Below, in pieces: positions 24,687-34,643 of a DNA stretch of 53,735 nucleotides; within the stretch, counting starts at the first letter, position 1; every line of letters begins with the position of its first letter. Where the stretch lies: contig JAHFBQ010000001.1 in assembly GCA_023249935.1 (NCBI GenBank), positions 1 to 53,735 on the forward strand, in the 5' to 3' direction. The notes beneath the pieces were generated by a model that was given only the letters and a program-made list of their open reading frames with translations, ran no database searches and was not told where the DNA came from. The translations under genes were made by a program, and so were the position numbers. This DNA is from a bacterium. Lineage in GTDB: Bacteria; Babelota; Babeliae; Babelales; RVW-14.

Positions 24687-26285
24687 ATGAGGCTGCAAAA
24701 GCTGCAGATGTTGTTGGGGATTTTACTTTTCGTTATTGCTATGGGTGTACTCGCACTTCCCTACTATCCTTGGGGTTTCATGCGGGATGATTATGGATTT
24801 TTAGCTCACGCCGCTGCTTATGTTCACGGCTGGTCTGAGTTTTTTAAGCCGCACAATGTTGTCGACTTCGTCTATTCATCAGCAATCAATCCGCCATTTT
24901 CTTGGAGTGGGTCTTTTTACCGGCCAATTCAATTTATTCATTTTGCTCTCGAATATCTTTTTTTTGGTACCAATGCCTATGCGTATCTGATATGGATAGT
25001 GTTTATGCATGCTGGAATAGTAGTAAGCTTATTTAGCATAGGACGTACATTTTTTTCTGCGCAGCGAGCATTTTTTGTTGCTTTGATAATTCTTCTCCAT
25101 CCGATGCTTATGTTGTGGATGGGGTGCTTTACTCAGCAAATTTACATTATTGATGTGGTTTATTTTCTGAGTATAACAGCGCTTCTGAAAAAATTTTGCG
25201 ATACCAACCATTGGCGATGGTATATGGCATCATGCTTATTGTTTTTTGTAGCTCTTTTTGCAAAAGAAACGTTGATAACTTATCCAGGGTGGGTTTTTAT
25301 AGCTCTTATATGGTATCTATTACAATGTGATCAATTAAAAAAATGGTATAACCAAGTTTTTCCTGCACTAAAAATAGCTAGTGGATACGTATTTGTAGGC
25401 ATTTTCTATCTCGCCTCAAGGTATCTGATTTTTGCGGGAGCGACTGATGGTGTGATAAAATTTTTTGGCTTCTCAAGCTGGCAGGCATTTGTTGCCAGGC
25501 AATCTGAGCGATTTTTTGATCTCGTAACCTATGTATGCAACTATCTTTATATTGGTATGGTGCCTGGAGGTAACTGGTTGCGCAAAATGGTGCTGGTTAT
25601 GTTGATTATTGGTCTTCTTGCATATCCCTTTATTCGTAAACGACAACTCCTGTTACTTTTTTTTCTTGGGTTTTCAATGCTGGCCGTAACGTGGCCAGCT
25701 TGGTTACTTTACTACCATACACGCTATGCCTATGCTGGATTGATATTTTTGTATTTCATCTTCTTGTTTGCCATTGATTTTTATTTGAATAAATTTGTGA
25801 GGCTACGTCGCATATCACCATTACTAGGATTTTGCGTAGTTGCTGTGCTTGGATGCAATGCAATCAGTATGCAACGAATAAAAAATAGTGTGCTTTCTAC
25901 GGTGACGGGAGCGGCGCGTGAACTTGCTGTCCAGGTGCATGAAACGGTGCGGCCGCTTATCTTTATAGGGTTGCCGCACTGTTGGTTTGCATCGGGAGCA
26001 GGACAACTAGTTAAACTTTTCTATCCACAAGATAAGCGGTTAGTAGATGTTGGAATTTTGCTCTTTGGTGGCGAAGAGTTTGGGCTTTTAAGCCAACATG
26101 ATGTCCGTGTTGAACGACGAGGAGATCTGGTTGATATCGGTCTTGCTGCGAATGATAACCTTAGCTTCTTGAATCACCAAAAAGAAGAACGTTTTGTGAG
26201 TATAAAACTCTCCTGGGAGTTGTTGACAGATAATGCAATCATTATCACCTGGGATTATAAGCGACACGGATTTAGGATTATTTAA
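24687..26285 (+). CDS. GT-C-fold membrane glycosyltransferase-like protein, PMT/TMTC-like paralog (long form)
   Basis: Motifs WGFMRDDYGFL, FYRPIQF...FGTNAYAYL, FAKETL, YIGMVPGGNW and HTRYAYAG. The C-terminal domain ends IIITWDYKRHGFRII. Confidence 0.7.
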   Translation: MRLQKLQMLLGILLFVIAMGVLALPYYPWGFMRDDYGFLAHAAAYVHGWSEFFKPHNVVDFVYSSAINPPFSWSGSFYRPIQFIHFALEYLFFGTNAYAYLIWIVFMHAGIVVSLFSIGRTFFSAQRAFFVALIILLHPMLMLWMGCFTQQIYIIDVVYFLSITALLKKFCDTNHWRWYMASCLLFFVALFAKETLITYPGWVFIALIWYLLQCDQLKKWYNQVFPALKIASGYVFVGIFYLASRYLIFAGATDGVIKFFGFSSWQAFVARQSERFFDLVTYVCNYLYIGMVPGGNWLRKMVLVMLIIGLLAYPFIRKRQLLLLFFLGFSMLAVTWPAWLLYYHTRYAYAGLIFLYFIFLFAIDFYLNKFVRLRRISPLLGFCVVAVLGCNAISMQRIKNSVLSTVTGAARELAVQVHETVRPLIFIGLPHCWFASGAGQLVKLFYPQDKRLVDVGILLFGGEEFGLLSQHDVRVERRGDLVDIGLAANDNLSFLNHQKEERFVSIKLSWELLTDNAIIITWDYKRHGFRII

Positions 26286-26286
26286 T

Positions 26287-27897
26287 ATGAATAATATAAA
26301 ACAGAGAAATATGCTGATCGTAATGGTGACGGTGTTTCTTATTGCTTCCTTAGTTGTTCTTGCACTTCCCTATACCTCCTGGGGTTTTATTACCGATGAT
26401 TTTGGGCTTGTGTGGCATAGCAGGGTTGAATCGCTGTGCGAACTGGGTAAGTTTTTTACTGAGATGGGGCTGCATACGTTTATGCAACCAATAAATTACA
26501 TGCCGTCCGAACAATCGTTTTTTGCTGTATTGTACCGTCCGTTGCTTTATGTTTTTTATGGGATTCAATATTTATTGTTTGGTTTTTCTGCCTATGGGTA
26601 CATGATAGTTTCGGCATTACTCCATGGCATCAATGCTGTTCTCGTCTGGTTAATTTTTAGAAAATATTTTTCAAAAACAATCGCCGCACTTGGTGCCGGG
26701 TACTTCTTATTTCATCTTTCAATGCTCAATTGGTTTGGTTGGGTGACAGCACAACAACATTTGTTAGCGCTGTTTTTTTCGCTGCTAGTATTTATTTGTT
26801 ATCAGTGTTTTATAGATTCTCAGCGTAAAATATACCTATTTTCGGCAATAGCCCTAGTTGCTTGCTCGTTGTTAACTCGTGAGACACTCATCGTATTGCC
26901 TGTCTGGGTAGTTTTTGCGTTGGTGTGGCATTGGCGTACGGCACAACATAAGTTTCTTCTGCTTGTTACCGCTGCATTGCCTGTTGCAGGATATTTTTGC
27001 TGGCGTATTAGTCAATTTCCCCTCAAGGCATCGAACAGTGATTTAACGTGGGTTACTCGAGGGGGCTTTGCTTTTTTCACGTTCCTTAGAGAACAGTTTT
27101 TAAATTATGTTACGTGGCTTGTTGATTTGACCAATCTTGGGTTTGTTCCCGGCGGTAATCGATTGCGCAAAGGGACGTTGATCATCATGGTAGTCATGCT
27201 GCTTGCCTACTTGTTTTGGAACTGTCGCAAGAAATCAACGGTGTTGTTTTTGCTAGCAAGTACTATTGCTTTTGCTTGGCCTTCAGTGATTCGCTTTTAT
27301 ACCTCGCGTTTTATGTACGAGGCATTACCCTTTTTTATTGCAGCAATTTTGCTGCTCATTTTTGAAAATGATATTTCATTCAGGCCGAAAGCGTTGATCT
27401 TCGGTGCTCTGATAGCATTTAATGGCATGATGTTCCCAAATTTTTTATCAGCGCGTGAAAAAACGTTGAAAGCTATTAACATTGCAGTTCACGATCTTGT
27501 CATGCAGCTACCAGAAAATTCGAAGTCGATTGTTTTTGTTGGTCTACCGTTTGGATGGTTTTGTACAAGTGTTGCTCAGGCTTGCTACATGACTGGGTTG
27601 TCAACATCGGTGCCGGTGTACTATGACAAGCAGACTTTTGTGTGGAGTGAGCTCGAGCCAGCCGGTATTTCTCCTGAGATTCAGATTCGGCGGATAAGTA
27701 AGTCGGTATTGGAGGTCACTCTTAACAAGCCTGTAATATTCGCATTTGGTGATCGTGGTACAAACTTTGGCATCAAAGAGTGGCGAGACGAAGATGATGC
27801 GACCGTGCTTCATTGGGATATGATAAACGATCGCTTTGAAACGCCAGACGTGGTAATCACCTGGGATTATGAAAAAAACTGTTTTCGGCTGCTATAA
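26287..27897 (+). CDS. GT-C-fold membrane glycosyltransferase-like protein, PMT/TMTC-like paralog (long form)
   Basis: Motifs WGFITDDFGLV, LYRPLLY...FGFSAYGYM..LLHGIN, LTRETL, NLGFVPGGNR and TSRFMYEALPFF. The C-terminus is VVITWDYEKNCFRLL. ATG 26287 lies 1 nt after the upstream stop. Confidence 0.7.
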   Translation: MNNIKQRNMLIVMVTVFLIASLVVLALPYTSWGFITDDFGLVWHSRVESLCELGKFFTEMGLHTFMQPINYMPSEQSFFAVLYRPLLYVFYGIQYLLFGFSAYGYMIVSALLHGINAVLVWLIFRKYFSKTIAALGAGYFLFHLSMLNWFGWVTAQQHLLALFFSLLVFICYQCFIDSQRKIYLFSAIALVACSLLTRETLIVLPVWVVFALVWHWRTAQHKFLLLVTAALPVAGYFCWRISQFPLKASNSDLTWVTRGGFAFFTFLREQFLNYVTWLVDLTNLGFVPGGNRLRKGTLIIMVVMLLAYLFWNCRKKSTVLFLLASTIAFAWPSVIRFYTSRFMYEALPFFIAAILLLIFENDISFRPKALIFGALIAFNGMMFPNFLSAREKTLKAINIAVHDLVMQLPENSKSIVFVGLPFGWFCTSVAQACYMTGLSTSVPVYYDKQTFVWSELEPAGISPEIQIRRISKSVLEVTLNKPVIFAFGDRGTNFGIKEWRDEDDATVLHWDMINDRFETPDVVITWDYEKNCFRLL

Positions 27898-29331
27898 TTA
27901 AAATTTCTGTACCTCTTCAAAATCATCAAAGTGGTGATGGGTGGTTCCAATAATTTGATATGGCTCATGCCCCTTGCCGAGAATTGCTACGATGCTAGTA
28001 GGCGTGGTAGCAAGCGCAATGGCAGCCGCTATGGCCTGGCGGCGATCTTGAATGGTGATTGTTTTATGTTGTGCATCTGAAGGAATGTTTGCTTCGATAT
28101 CGCGTAAAATTTGCAGACGATCTTCGGTGCGTGGGTTGTCTTCAGTAATGATGATGCGATCGCCAAACTCGGCTGCTGCACGTGCCATGGAAATGCGGCG
28201 TTCTTTAGGCCGGTCGCCGCCGCAACCAAAAAGTACAACTAGATTATCAGTGAGTGGGCGCAGCATGCGCAGCACCGCTTCCACCGGTGGTCCGCTATGG
28301 GCAAAATCCACAAACACCTTTGCGCCATTTTTGAGCGTGTGCAGTTGCATGCGTCCGGGAGTGCCTGTAAAGGTATAAACTGCTTGTTTTATGCTATCTT
28401 CTTCAATACCAAGGGATTGAGCAATAAGCGCTGCCATGGCTATGTTATATGCGTAGGGGCTGCCGAAGAGGTAGCGGTTTGAAAGAACTAGGTTATCTAC
28501 CGAGATCTCTAAACCATTAATACTGTTATTGAGTATGTGCAGCTGACTAGCTGCGTCAGCTTGCTGACTGAGCGTAAGAATCTGTTCTGGTTTCAGGATT
28601 GTTCTTGCTGCTTGCTGGGCCTGTTCTCCCCATGGGTGATCAATATTGATGATAGCTTTTCCCGTTTGTTTGAGCCGGCTAAAAATGATAGCTTTTGCCT
28701 TGAGGTATTCGTCCATGGTGTGATGAAAGTCAAGATGGTCGTTTGCAAGGTTGGTAAATCCTACAGCATCAAATTCTATGCCATAAACGCGGTCTTGACT
28801 GAGTGCATGAGATGATACTTCCATGATCACAAAATCGACCTTATAGTCAACGCAGCTAGCAAAAAATGCTTGTAAAAAATCGCTGTTCGGCGTGGTGAGT
28901 GAGCTTGGAACTGTTGTATCAAGAATTTTATTTGCAACGCCGCCGACAAGGGCCGTTTTATAGCCTGTTTGTCTTAAAATATGATCAACCATATGAGTGA
29001 TTGAGCTTTTTCCCTTGGTGCCGGTGATGCCAATAAAGCGAAGTTTTTTAGTTGGGTAGCCATGTGCCGCGGCCGCTTCTAGTGCCAGAGCCTTGCGAGG
29101 ATCCGCTGTGTATACAAATTCAACGGTACTGGATTGGCGTTCGAGCGGGGCGAGCGTTGCACGGTACTGTTCCCCGGCGATGATTTTTTTTGCTCCTCTG
29201 GCAAGTGCCTCTGGGACGAAGTTAACGCCATTGGTCTTTGTGCCATCGCAGGCAACAAAAGTAGTTCCAGGAGTTATTTTTGTGGAATCACAGGTTACCG
29301 GAAGGAGAGAAAAGTCCAAGTCTGGTTTCAT
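27898..29331 (-). CDS. murE: UDP-N-acetylmuramoyl-L-alanyl-D-glutamate--2,6-diaminopimelate ligase
   Basis: N-terminal VTCDSTKITPGTTFVACDG, P-loop GITGTKGKSS, and TEDNPRTED (the DNPR motif typical of MurE). Confidence 0.85.
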   Translation of the reverse strand: MKPDLDFSLLPVTCDSTKITPGTTFVACDGTKTNGVNFVPEALARGAKKIIAGEQYRATLAPLERQSSTVEFVYTADPRKALALEAAAAHGYPTKKLRFIGITGTKGKSSITHMVDHILRQTGYKTALVGGVANKILDTTVPSSLTTPNSDFLQAFFASCVDYKVDFVIMEVSSHALSQDRVYGIEFDAVGFTNLANDHLDFHHTMDEYLKAKAIIFSRLKQTGKAIINIDHPWGEQAQQAARTILKPEQILTLSQQADAASQLHILNNSINGLEISVDNLVLSNRYLFGSPYAYNIAMAALIAQSLGIEEDSIKQAVYTFTGTPGRMQLHTLKNGAKVFVDFAHSGPPVEAVLRMLRPLTDNLVVLFGCGGDRPKERRISMARAAAEFGDRIIITEDNPRTEDRLQILRDIEANIPSDAQHKTITIQDRRQAIAAAIALATTPTSIVAILGKGHEPYQIIGTTHHHFDDFEEVQKF

Positions 29332-29888
29332 GGTAAAGCCCTCTGCAAGTTTTTGTGTAAGTATACAAAATTGTGTGGGATTTAAGATGTTTTTTTAACC
29401 TGTGTCGCAAAAAAAATTTTTATGTAAACATTATGCAATGCAGTGGGCCAGTCGGTGTAATTACGAGTGTATAATTTTAAGACATTGTGGGTGTATCCCC
29501 TCCTGGCAGCGCATTTCTTACCCCTGCTAAACGGTTACTAACAATGTTGTTGATAACAAAATATGAATTTATAGTAATGATGATCAGGACGTTGTTTTGC
29601 GTGATTTTCGCATATATATAATTACCAAATAGAGATACTTAATTTATGCAAAAATAGTTAGTTGATTAGCTATGAAAACTTTATATAGGTGCGTGCAGAT
29701 GGTCTTTGTGTTGATGTGGTATTTATTGTGTAAATTTTCAAAGAGAAAATGTATTTCTCGGGGGAGTGGGTGAATTGATAAAATCAAGCGGAATTTATAA
29801 AAGGGTAGGTGTTTCGTTTTTGCTATTTTTTACAACAACGATACACTGTTTTCCAGTCAACATTTTTAATTACTTCGAGATTGGATGC

Positions 29889-30650
29889 ATGATGGAATTT
29901 GAAAATAAAGAGATGACTTCTGTGCTACCTGAAGCGCAGACAGAAGCACAAAGCGCTGCAGGGCTGGAAGAATCGGCAGAGGCGCAGGAGCTTTTGGTTG
30001 AAGATTCATTAGAATTAAATCGTCAGCGGAAGACCTTGTCGACAGAAGAATATCAGCAATTTTTAGATAATTTGTCCAAGGCAAATAAGAAGATAATCAA
30101 AGTGACGCCACTTGAAGTAGTGGAACAGCGTTTGGTCGAAGATGTGTTATTGTGTTTGTCAGAGCTGAAAAACGAAGTTTTGCAAAAACGTGATGAAGCG
30201 ATGCGTCAGAGCAAGTTTATCAAAGACAAAGTTGAATCACTTGTTACCTCTGGAAAAGTTCAAATTCATCAAGACGAGTATAAAAAGTCAGAAGAAAGTG
30301 TAATTCAGTATGCTGGATTACTCGATAATATTGTTCATGAGATTGAGAGCGAAATTAACTATTTTAGTCTTTTCATTAGTGAAGAGCTTCCTGGACAAGT
30401 AGTTGCATGGGCGACTGAGCCTGATGATTTTGCATTCTACATCAGAGAAAAAGTGCGTTTCATCAAAAAATATGCCAAAAGCATTCGTAAAGATTTAAAT
30501 ATCAGTTTCTCACGATATAACTTTGGTTTTCAGGCGCAAATCAAGCGAATTCTTCAAGTTGAAGCGTATGTCCGTTATCATGAAAATGTGCAACAACAAG
30601 CTCAAGCTCGAGCAACTACAGTTCAGTCGCAGAAGGAAGCTAAGTCTTAA
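29889..30650 (+). CDS. Hypothetical acidic, probably coiled-coil protein
   Basis: Long ORF with charged heptad-like sequence. The start is uncertain (ATG 29889 preferred over GTG 29766, which adds a hydrophobic, odd leader). No family recognised. Confidence 0.5.
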   Translation: MMEFENKEMTSVLPEAQTEAQSAAGLEESAEAQELLVEDSLELNRQRKTLSTEEYQQFLDNLSKANKKIIKVTPLEVVEQRLVEDVLLCLSELKNEVLQKRDEAMRQSKFIKDKVESLVTSGKVQIHQDEYKKSEESVIQYAGLLDNIVHEIESEINYFSLFISEELPGQVVAWATEPDDFAFYIREKVRFIKKYAKSIRKDLNISFSRYNFGFQAQIKRILQVEAYVRYHENVQQQAQARATTVQSQKEAKS

Positions 30651-31897
30651 TTTCCTGTCTTTAAAACTTTGATTAGATCACTTTGTTTGACCGGCGTCGA
30701 TTTGCCGGTCATCATATTTTTGAGCATAACTGTATTTGATTGTTGCTCGTTCTCACCGATGAGCAGTACCCAGCTTGCTCCAAGTTTGTTAGCTTTTTTC
30801 ATCATGTTGGTGGCTGATGCTTTATCGAGCATGATGTCGCTTGTGAGATTTTCACGGCGTAATTCATGTGCAAGCAGCAAGCCAAGTGTGTCTTGTGCTG
30901 GAGTCATTGGAATGATGACATGGAGGCGAGGTGCCATCTCAAGTGGCAACTTATCTTGAATAAGTTCAAGGAGCATGAGCACTCGTTCAAATCCTATGCC
31001 GACGCCAAAGCTTGAGTAATCTTCTGTAGCGCCAACCTCTTTGCCAAGGTGATAGCGGCCGCCGCCGCAAAAGGCGGATTGCGAGCCAAGTTGGTTGGAG
31101 GTAATTTCGAATACCGTTTTTTGATAGTAATCAAGGCCGCGCACTAAGGTGTTGTCGATGATGAAGTTGATACCAAGCACTTGTAACTGGTCTTTGAGTG
31201 TCTGCCATTCACCAGTGCAACCTTCACAGAGGTGCTGAATAATGAATGGTGCCGTTGTGTACAACTTTTGACACGCGGCGTTTTTGCAATCGAATACGCG
31301 CAGCGTGTTGGTATCTTTTCGTTTTTGGCAGGTTTCGCAGATGGTGGCTATATTGTTTTCTAAAAAACTTAGTAATGCGGCCTTATGTGCCCGTCGGTCA
31401 TCTGCGCAGCCTAAGAAATTCAATTTGATAACATAATTTTCAAGGTGGAGCGCTTTGCTAAAAAGGGTATCAAGCATCTTAAGGACATGAGCGTCGTACA
31501 TGATTGATTGCGTGCCTATTACCTCAACATTGAATTGGTGAAACTGGCGTAGGCGGCCCTTTTGTGGGCGCTCGCGGCGAAATACCGGTCCATATGAAAA
31601 CACTTTCCAGGGCAAACGCTCGACGCGGTTTTCAAAACAAGCTCGAATGGTTGAGGCGGTCATCTCTGGTCGTAGGCATACGGGCTTTTCTTGGTCCTGC
31701 GCAAAAACATACATTTCTTTGGAGACAACATCTGTTTGCTCGCCAAGAGAATGGACAAAGAGCTGGGTGTACTCAAGAATAGGGGTTTGTATGTGCGTGA
31801 AGTTGAATTGCTCAAAATGTTTTTTCGTGGTTGTTATGAAAAAGCTTTGCAGCCTCAGATCCAATATATCTTCGGTACCGGTAACACGCGTGATCAT
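30647..31897 (-). CDS. hisS: Histidine--tRNA ligase
   Basis: Motifs GTEDIL, RPEMTASTIRA, FRRERPQKGRLRQFHQ and GGGRY. GAAGGGA RBS before ATG 31897 (track start 31990 is probably too long). Confidence 0.85.
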   Translation of the reverse strand: MITRVTGTEDILDLRLQSFFITTTKKHFEQFNFTHIQTPILEYTQLFVHSLGEQTDVVSKEMYVFAQDQEKPVCLRPEMTASTIRACFENRVERLPWKVFSYGPVFRRERPQKGRLRQFHQFNVEVIGTQSIMYDAHVLKMLDTLFSKALHLENYVIKLNFLGCADDRRAHKAALLSFLENNIATICETCQKRKDTNTLRVFDCKNAACQKLYTTAPFIIQHLCEGCTGEWQTLKDQLQVLGINFIIDNTLVRGLDYYQKTVFEITSNQLGSQSAFCGGGRYHLGKEVGATEDYSSFGVGIGFERVLMLLELIQDKLPLEMAPRLHVIIPMTPAQDTLGLLLAHELRRENLTSDIMLDKASATNMMKKANKLGASWVLLIGENEQQSNTVMLKNMMTGKSTPVKQSDLIKVLKTGN

Positions 31898-32016
31898 ACA
31901 AATCCCTTCATTATCACAATAAGATTTAGGAAGCATAGCATAAACTATAAAAATAGGCTTCCAATAAAGTGGGTTTTGGCTATAGATCAAAGTTTGAGCG
32001 ATTGTTCTCCGGGGTT

Positions 32017-32730
32017 CTAACTCAAAAACTCATTAATTAATGGCGTTGCATTCATGGGTTCTCTCTTATCACACGTTTCTACAACGGTACCATCAACTAT
32101 GAAACACAAGAAATCCTGGATATTGCTGACAAACCTCATGTCCTGACTTGCCAGGACAATGATAATTCCCTCAGTGCACAATTGCTTGAGTAGTTTTATT
32201 AAAATCGCTGTGTTTTCTGGATCTAGCGCTGATGATGGCTCATCAAGCAACAACACTTTTGGTCCCATAGCCAGTGCGCGAGCAATTGCTACACGTTGTT
32301 TTTGTCCGCCAGAAAGTTGTGATGGATTCGATGCAGCATATGCATCCATGCCAAAATGGTTGAGCGTTGCCAGCGCCTGTTGCTGTGCTTCTTGTTTGTT
32401 CTTACCTTGTACGACCATGAGCGGTTGCATGCAGTTTTCTAGCACGGTCATGTGTGGAAATAAATTAAAATCTTGGAACACAAAGCCAATTAATCCGGCT
32501 CGCTCTTGAGCTGATAAGTTAACGCTATTTTTGCTATCGATAGTAATTGAGCCCTGTCCTATGTCCTCAAGGCCAGCAATGCAGCGTAGCAACGTCGTCT
32601 TTCCCGATCCGCTTTTGCCAATGAGGGATGTGATGCGCCTCGAGGAGATTGTCAGCGACACTTGATTAAGAATAGGTTTTTGAGTTCTTGTGTTGAGCGT
32701 GGTGCTGGTGAGTTGATTGAGCTTGATCAT
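32017..32730 (-). CDS. Polar amino-acid ABC transporter, ATP-binding protein
   Basis: Walker A GKSGSGKTT, signature LSGGQKQRVAIARAL, Walker B LLLDEPSSALD. Confidence 0.85.
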   Translation of the reverse strand: MIKLNQLTSTTLNTRTQKPILNQVSLTISSRRITSLIGKSGSGKTTLLRCIAGLEDIGQGSITIDSKNSVNLSAQERAGLIGFVFQDFNLFPHMTVLENCMQPLMVVQGKNKQEAQQQALATLNHFGMDAYAASNPSQLSGGQKQRVAIARALAMGPKVLLLDEPSSALDPENTAILIKLLKQLCTEGIIIVLASQDMRFVSNIQDFLCFIVDGTVVETCDKREPMNATPLINEFLS

Positions 32731-33383
32731 GATTGTAACCTCTGTTCAAATGCAGCCGACAAGATGTTGAGCATTGATGACATGAGTAGGTAGATGCAGG
32801 CTATGGTCATGTACATAGTCATTGGATTCATTTCCCGTGCAATGATGTTGCGGGCGGCTCCCGTTAGATCCAAAACGCCAATGGCCGAAATAACCGAGGT
32901 TGTTTTGAGTAACTGGTCAAACTCACCCGAGAGAGAGGGTAACGCGTTGCGTAGGGTTTGTGGCAGTATGATATAGCGCAAGGTGTTCATGGTTGAGTAG
33001 CCGAGTACCTTAGCCGCTTCCCACTGTCCAGCTACGATGGTGTTGATGCCGCCACGAATAATTTGGCTGACATAGCCTGCCGAACATAATCCAAGAGAGC
33101 AGATGGAGGCTGTTGCAGCTGATACGTTAATGCCAAGCAGGTCGGGGAGTACGAAATAGGCGATGAGCATTTGTACATAGAATGGTATGCCTCGCAATAT
33201 AAAAGTAATACCGTCCAACATCTTGCCAAGTACAGGGCCGCGCAGTTTATTACTGCGTAGGATTCCCCAAATGGTGCCGATGCTGAGTGCAATAAAAAAA
33301 GAGCCAAACCATAGCTGTAAGGTTTTTGCAGCCCCCTGCATAAGCAGGGGGAGTGCTTGCATAATACTTGTAATTGTACTCAC
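32727..33383 (-). CDS. Polar amino-acid ABC transporter permease (His/Glu/Gln/Arg family)
   Basis: 218-aa membrane protein with EAA-loop-like EAAKVLGYSTMNTLRYIILPQ. 4-nt overlap with the ATPase gene. Confidence 0.8.
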   Translation of the reverse strand: MSTITSIMQALPLLMQGAAKTLQLWFGSFFIALSIGTIWGILRSNKLRGPVLGKMLDGITFILRGIPFYVQMLIAYFVLPDLLGINVSAATASICSLGLCSAGYVSQIIRGGINTIVAGQWEAAKVLGYSTMNTLRYIILPQTLRNALPSLSGEFDQLLKTTSVISAIGVLDLTGAARNIIAREMNPMTMYMTIACIYLLMSSMLNILSAAFEQRLQS

Positions 33384-33384
33384 A

Positions 33385-34170
33385 TTATTCCCCTAATCCC
33401 CATTTTTTTTCCAATGCAGCAAGGATGCCATCAGTCTTCATGGCTGCGATGAGGGCGATTACTTCTGCTCTGAGCTCAGGGCGTTTTTTATTGATCCCAA
33501 TGCCTTCTCCATAAACCCGAAACTCTTTTGGTAGCGGTACTGGAAGTGTTTTGATCGATGATTCCTGTTTTTTAAATCTGGCGGCTACACGTGGTTCTAT
33601 GATGAAAGCCAGCGATTTTCCATATTTTACATCTAGCAACATATCGGTGGCAGAGCCCATCGGTTTTTTTGTGATGTATGTGTACTGATCGAGAAATTTT
33701 TCTTGCGCAGAGCCAGCTTCAGCACATATCACAGCGTCTTGCATTGTGCGCAGGTCTTCGATCGATTTGATGGTTGCAGGGATATTGTTCCAAAAAACGA
33801 GCTCAAACGTTGTTACATCTTGTCCCGTGTATTGGATCATAGAAAGCTTGGCTAACCGTTGCTCGGTAATATCTAATCCAGAAAGAACCATGTCTACTTT
33901 ATTTTGTTCAAGAGCGAGAAAGCAAGGTGCCAGTGATCCTAGATCTTGGATCTCAAGTCCCTTCCCCATGCGGTTGGCGAGCTCTTGCGCAACGTCAACA
34001 TCAAAGCCTTCGTAGTTTCCTTGTGCGTTGATGGTCATGAATGGTGCCCAACCGCTCATCATGCCAACCGTTAAAACAGCGTCAGTCTTTTTGGTTGAGC
34101 ATAGGGTGAAATAGACGCCTGCGATAAACAGGGCGACTGTGGTTGTTGTGAGTATTAAAAACTTATTCAT
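33385..34170 (-). CDS. Amino-acid ABC transporter substrate-binding protein (family 3)
   Basis: N-terminal signal/anchor, size, and operon position. SBP_bac_3-like blocks (GFDVDVAQELA, DMVLSGL). Confidence 0.75.
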   Translation of the reverse strand: MNKFLILTTTTVALFIAGVYFTLCSTKKTDAVLTVGMMSGWAPFMTINAQGNYEGFDVDVAQELANRMGKGLEIQDLGSLAPCFLALEQNKVDMVLSGLDITEQRLAKLSMIQYTGQDVTTFELVFWNNIPATIKSIEDLRTMQDAVICAEAGSAQEKFLDQYTYITKKPMGSATDMLLDVKYGKSLAFIIEPRVAARFKKQESSIKTLPVPLPKEFRVYGEGIGINKKRPELRAEVIALIAAMKTDGILAALEKKWGLGE

Positions 34171-34465
34171 TTTTTCTCTTTCGTTTAATTCTGTTCAATA
34201 CGATTCTATAACCTTCATTAAGCTCATCTTTGAGAAAGCGTGCGACGCGAGTTATGGTGACAAGGCTTGCTTTGCTGAGTGCTTGAATTTCGCGGTAAGA
34301 TAAATCACCTTGTTCCAAAAGCTGACATACGCGCCAACGTTCCTTCATTGCTCTGACTTCTTGGGGGGTACATAGGTCGGCTAAAAATCGTTCGCATTCA
34401 TCGGTGTCTTTGAGCATGAGCAGTGCTTGGTACAAATCTATGTCTGTATGATGATCATTCTTCAT
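34163..34465 (-). CDS. YerC/YecD-type TrpR-like DNA-binding protein
   Basis: 100 aa. LYQALLMLKDTDECERFLADLCTPQEVRAMKERWRVCQLL...SYREI...ASLVTITRVARFLK matches the YerC/YecD pattern. Confidence 0.7.
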   Translation of the reverse strand: MKNDHHTDIDLYQALLMLKDTDECERFLADLCTPQEVRAMKERWRVCQLLEQGDLSYREIQALSKASLVTITRVARFLKDELNEGYRIVLNRIKRKRKNE

Positions 34466-34570
34466 TGGACCCCTTTCAAGTGTTAAATCATATTAATACG
34501 CTGTTACAATAGTACAGTGTCGAGATATAGTTGTCAATCACGGTATTTTTTACCTAAAAAGGGTATAAAA

Positions 34571-34599
34571 AGCAGAAAAAGCGCCCAGTGGTGGGCGTC
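34571..34599 (-). terminator. Intrinsic-terminator-like hairpin oriented for the minus strand
   Basis: GCGCCCA-GTGG-TGGGCG stem (34581-34597). On the minus strand it is followed by TTTTTCTGCTTTTT. Confidence 0.5.
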
Positions 34600-34643
34600 T
34601 CTTTGATAGGCAATTGGTTAGTGTTGTTGTGTCGCTCAGGAAT

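Noticed and set aside
29332-29888. About 550-bp non-coding gap between murE and the next gene, checked for tRNA, tmRNA, RNase P, SRP or 6S RNA
   Set aside because: I saw no T-loop/acceptor pattern, no CCA-ending tmRNA-like tag region and no recognisable conserved cores. The gap is AT-rich with TATAAT-like boxes only and is probably promoter/leader DNA.
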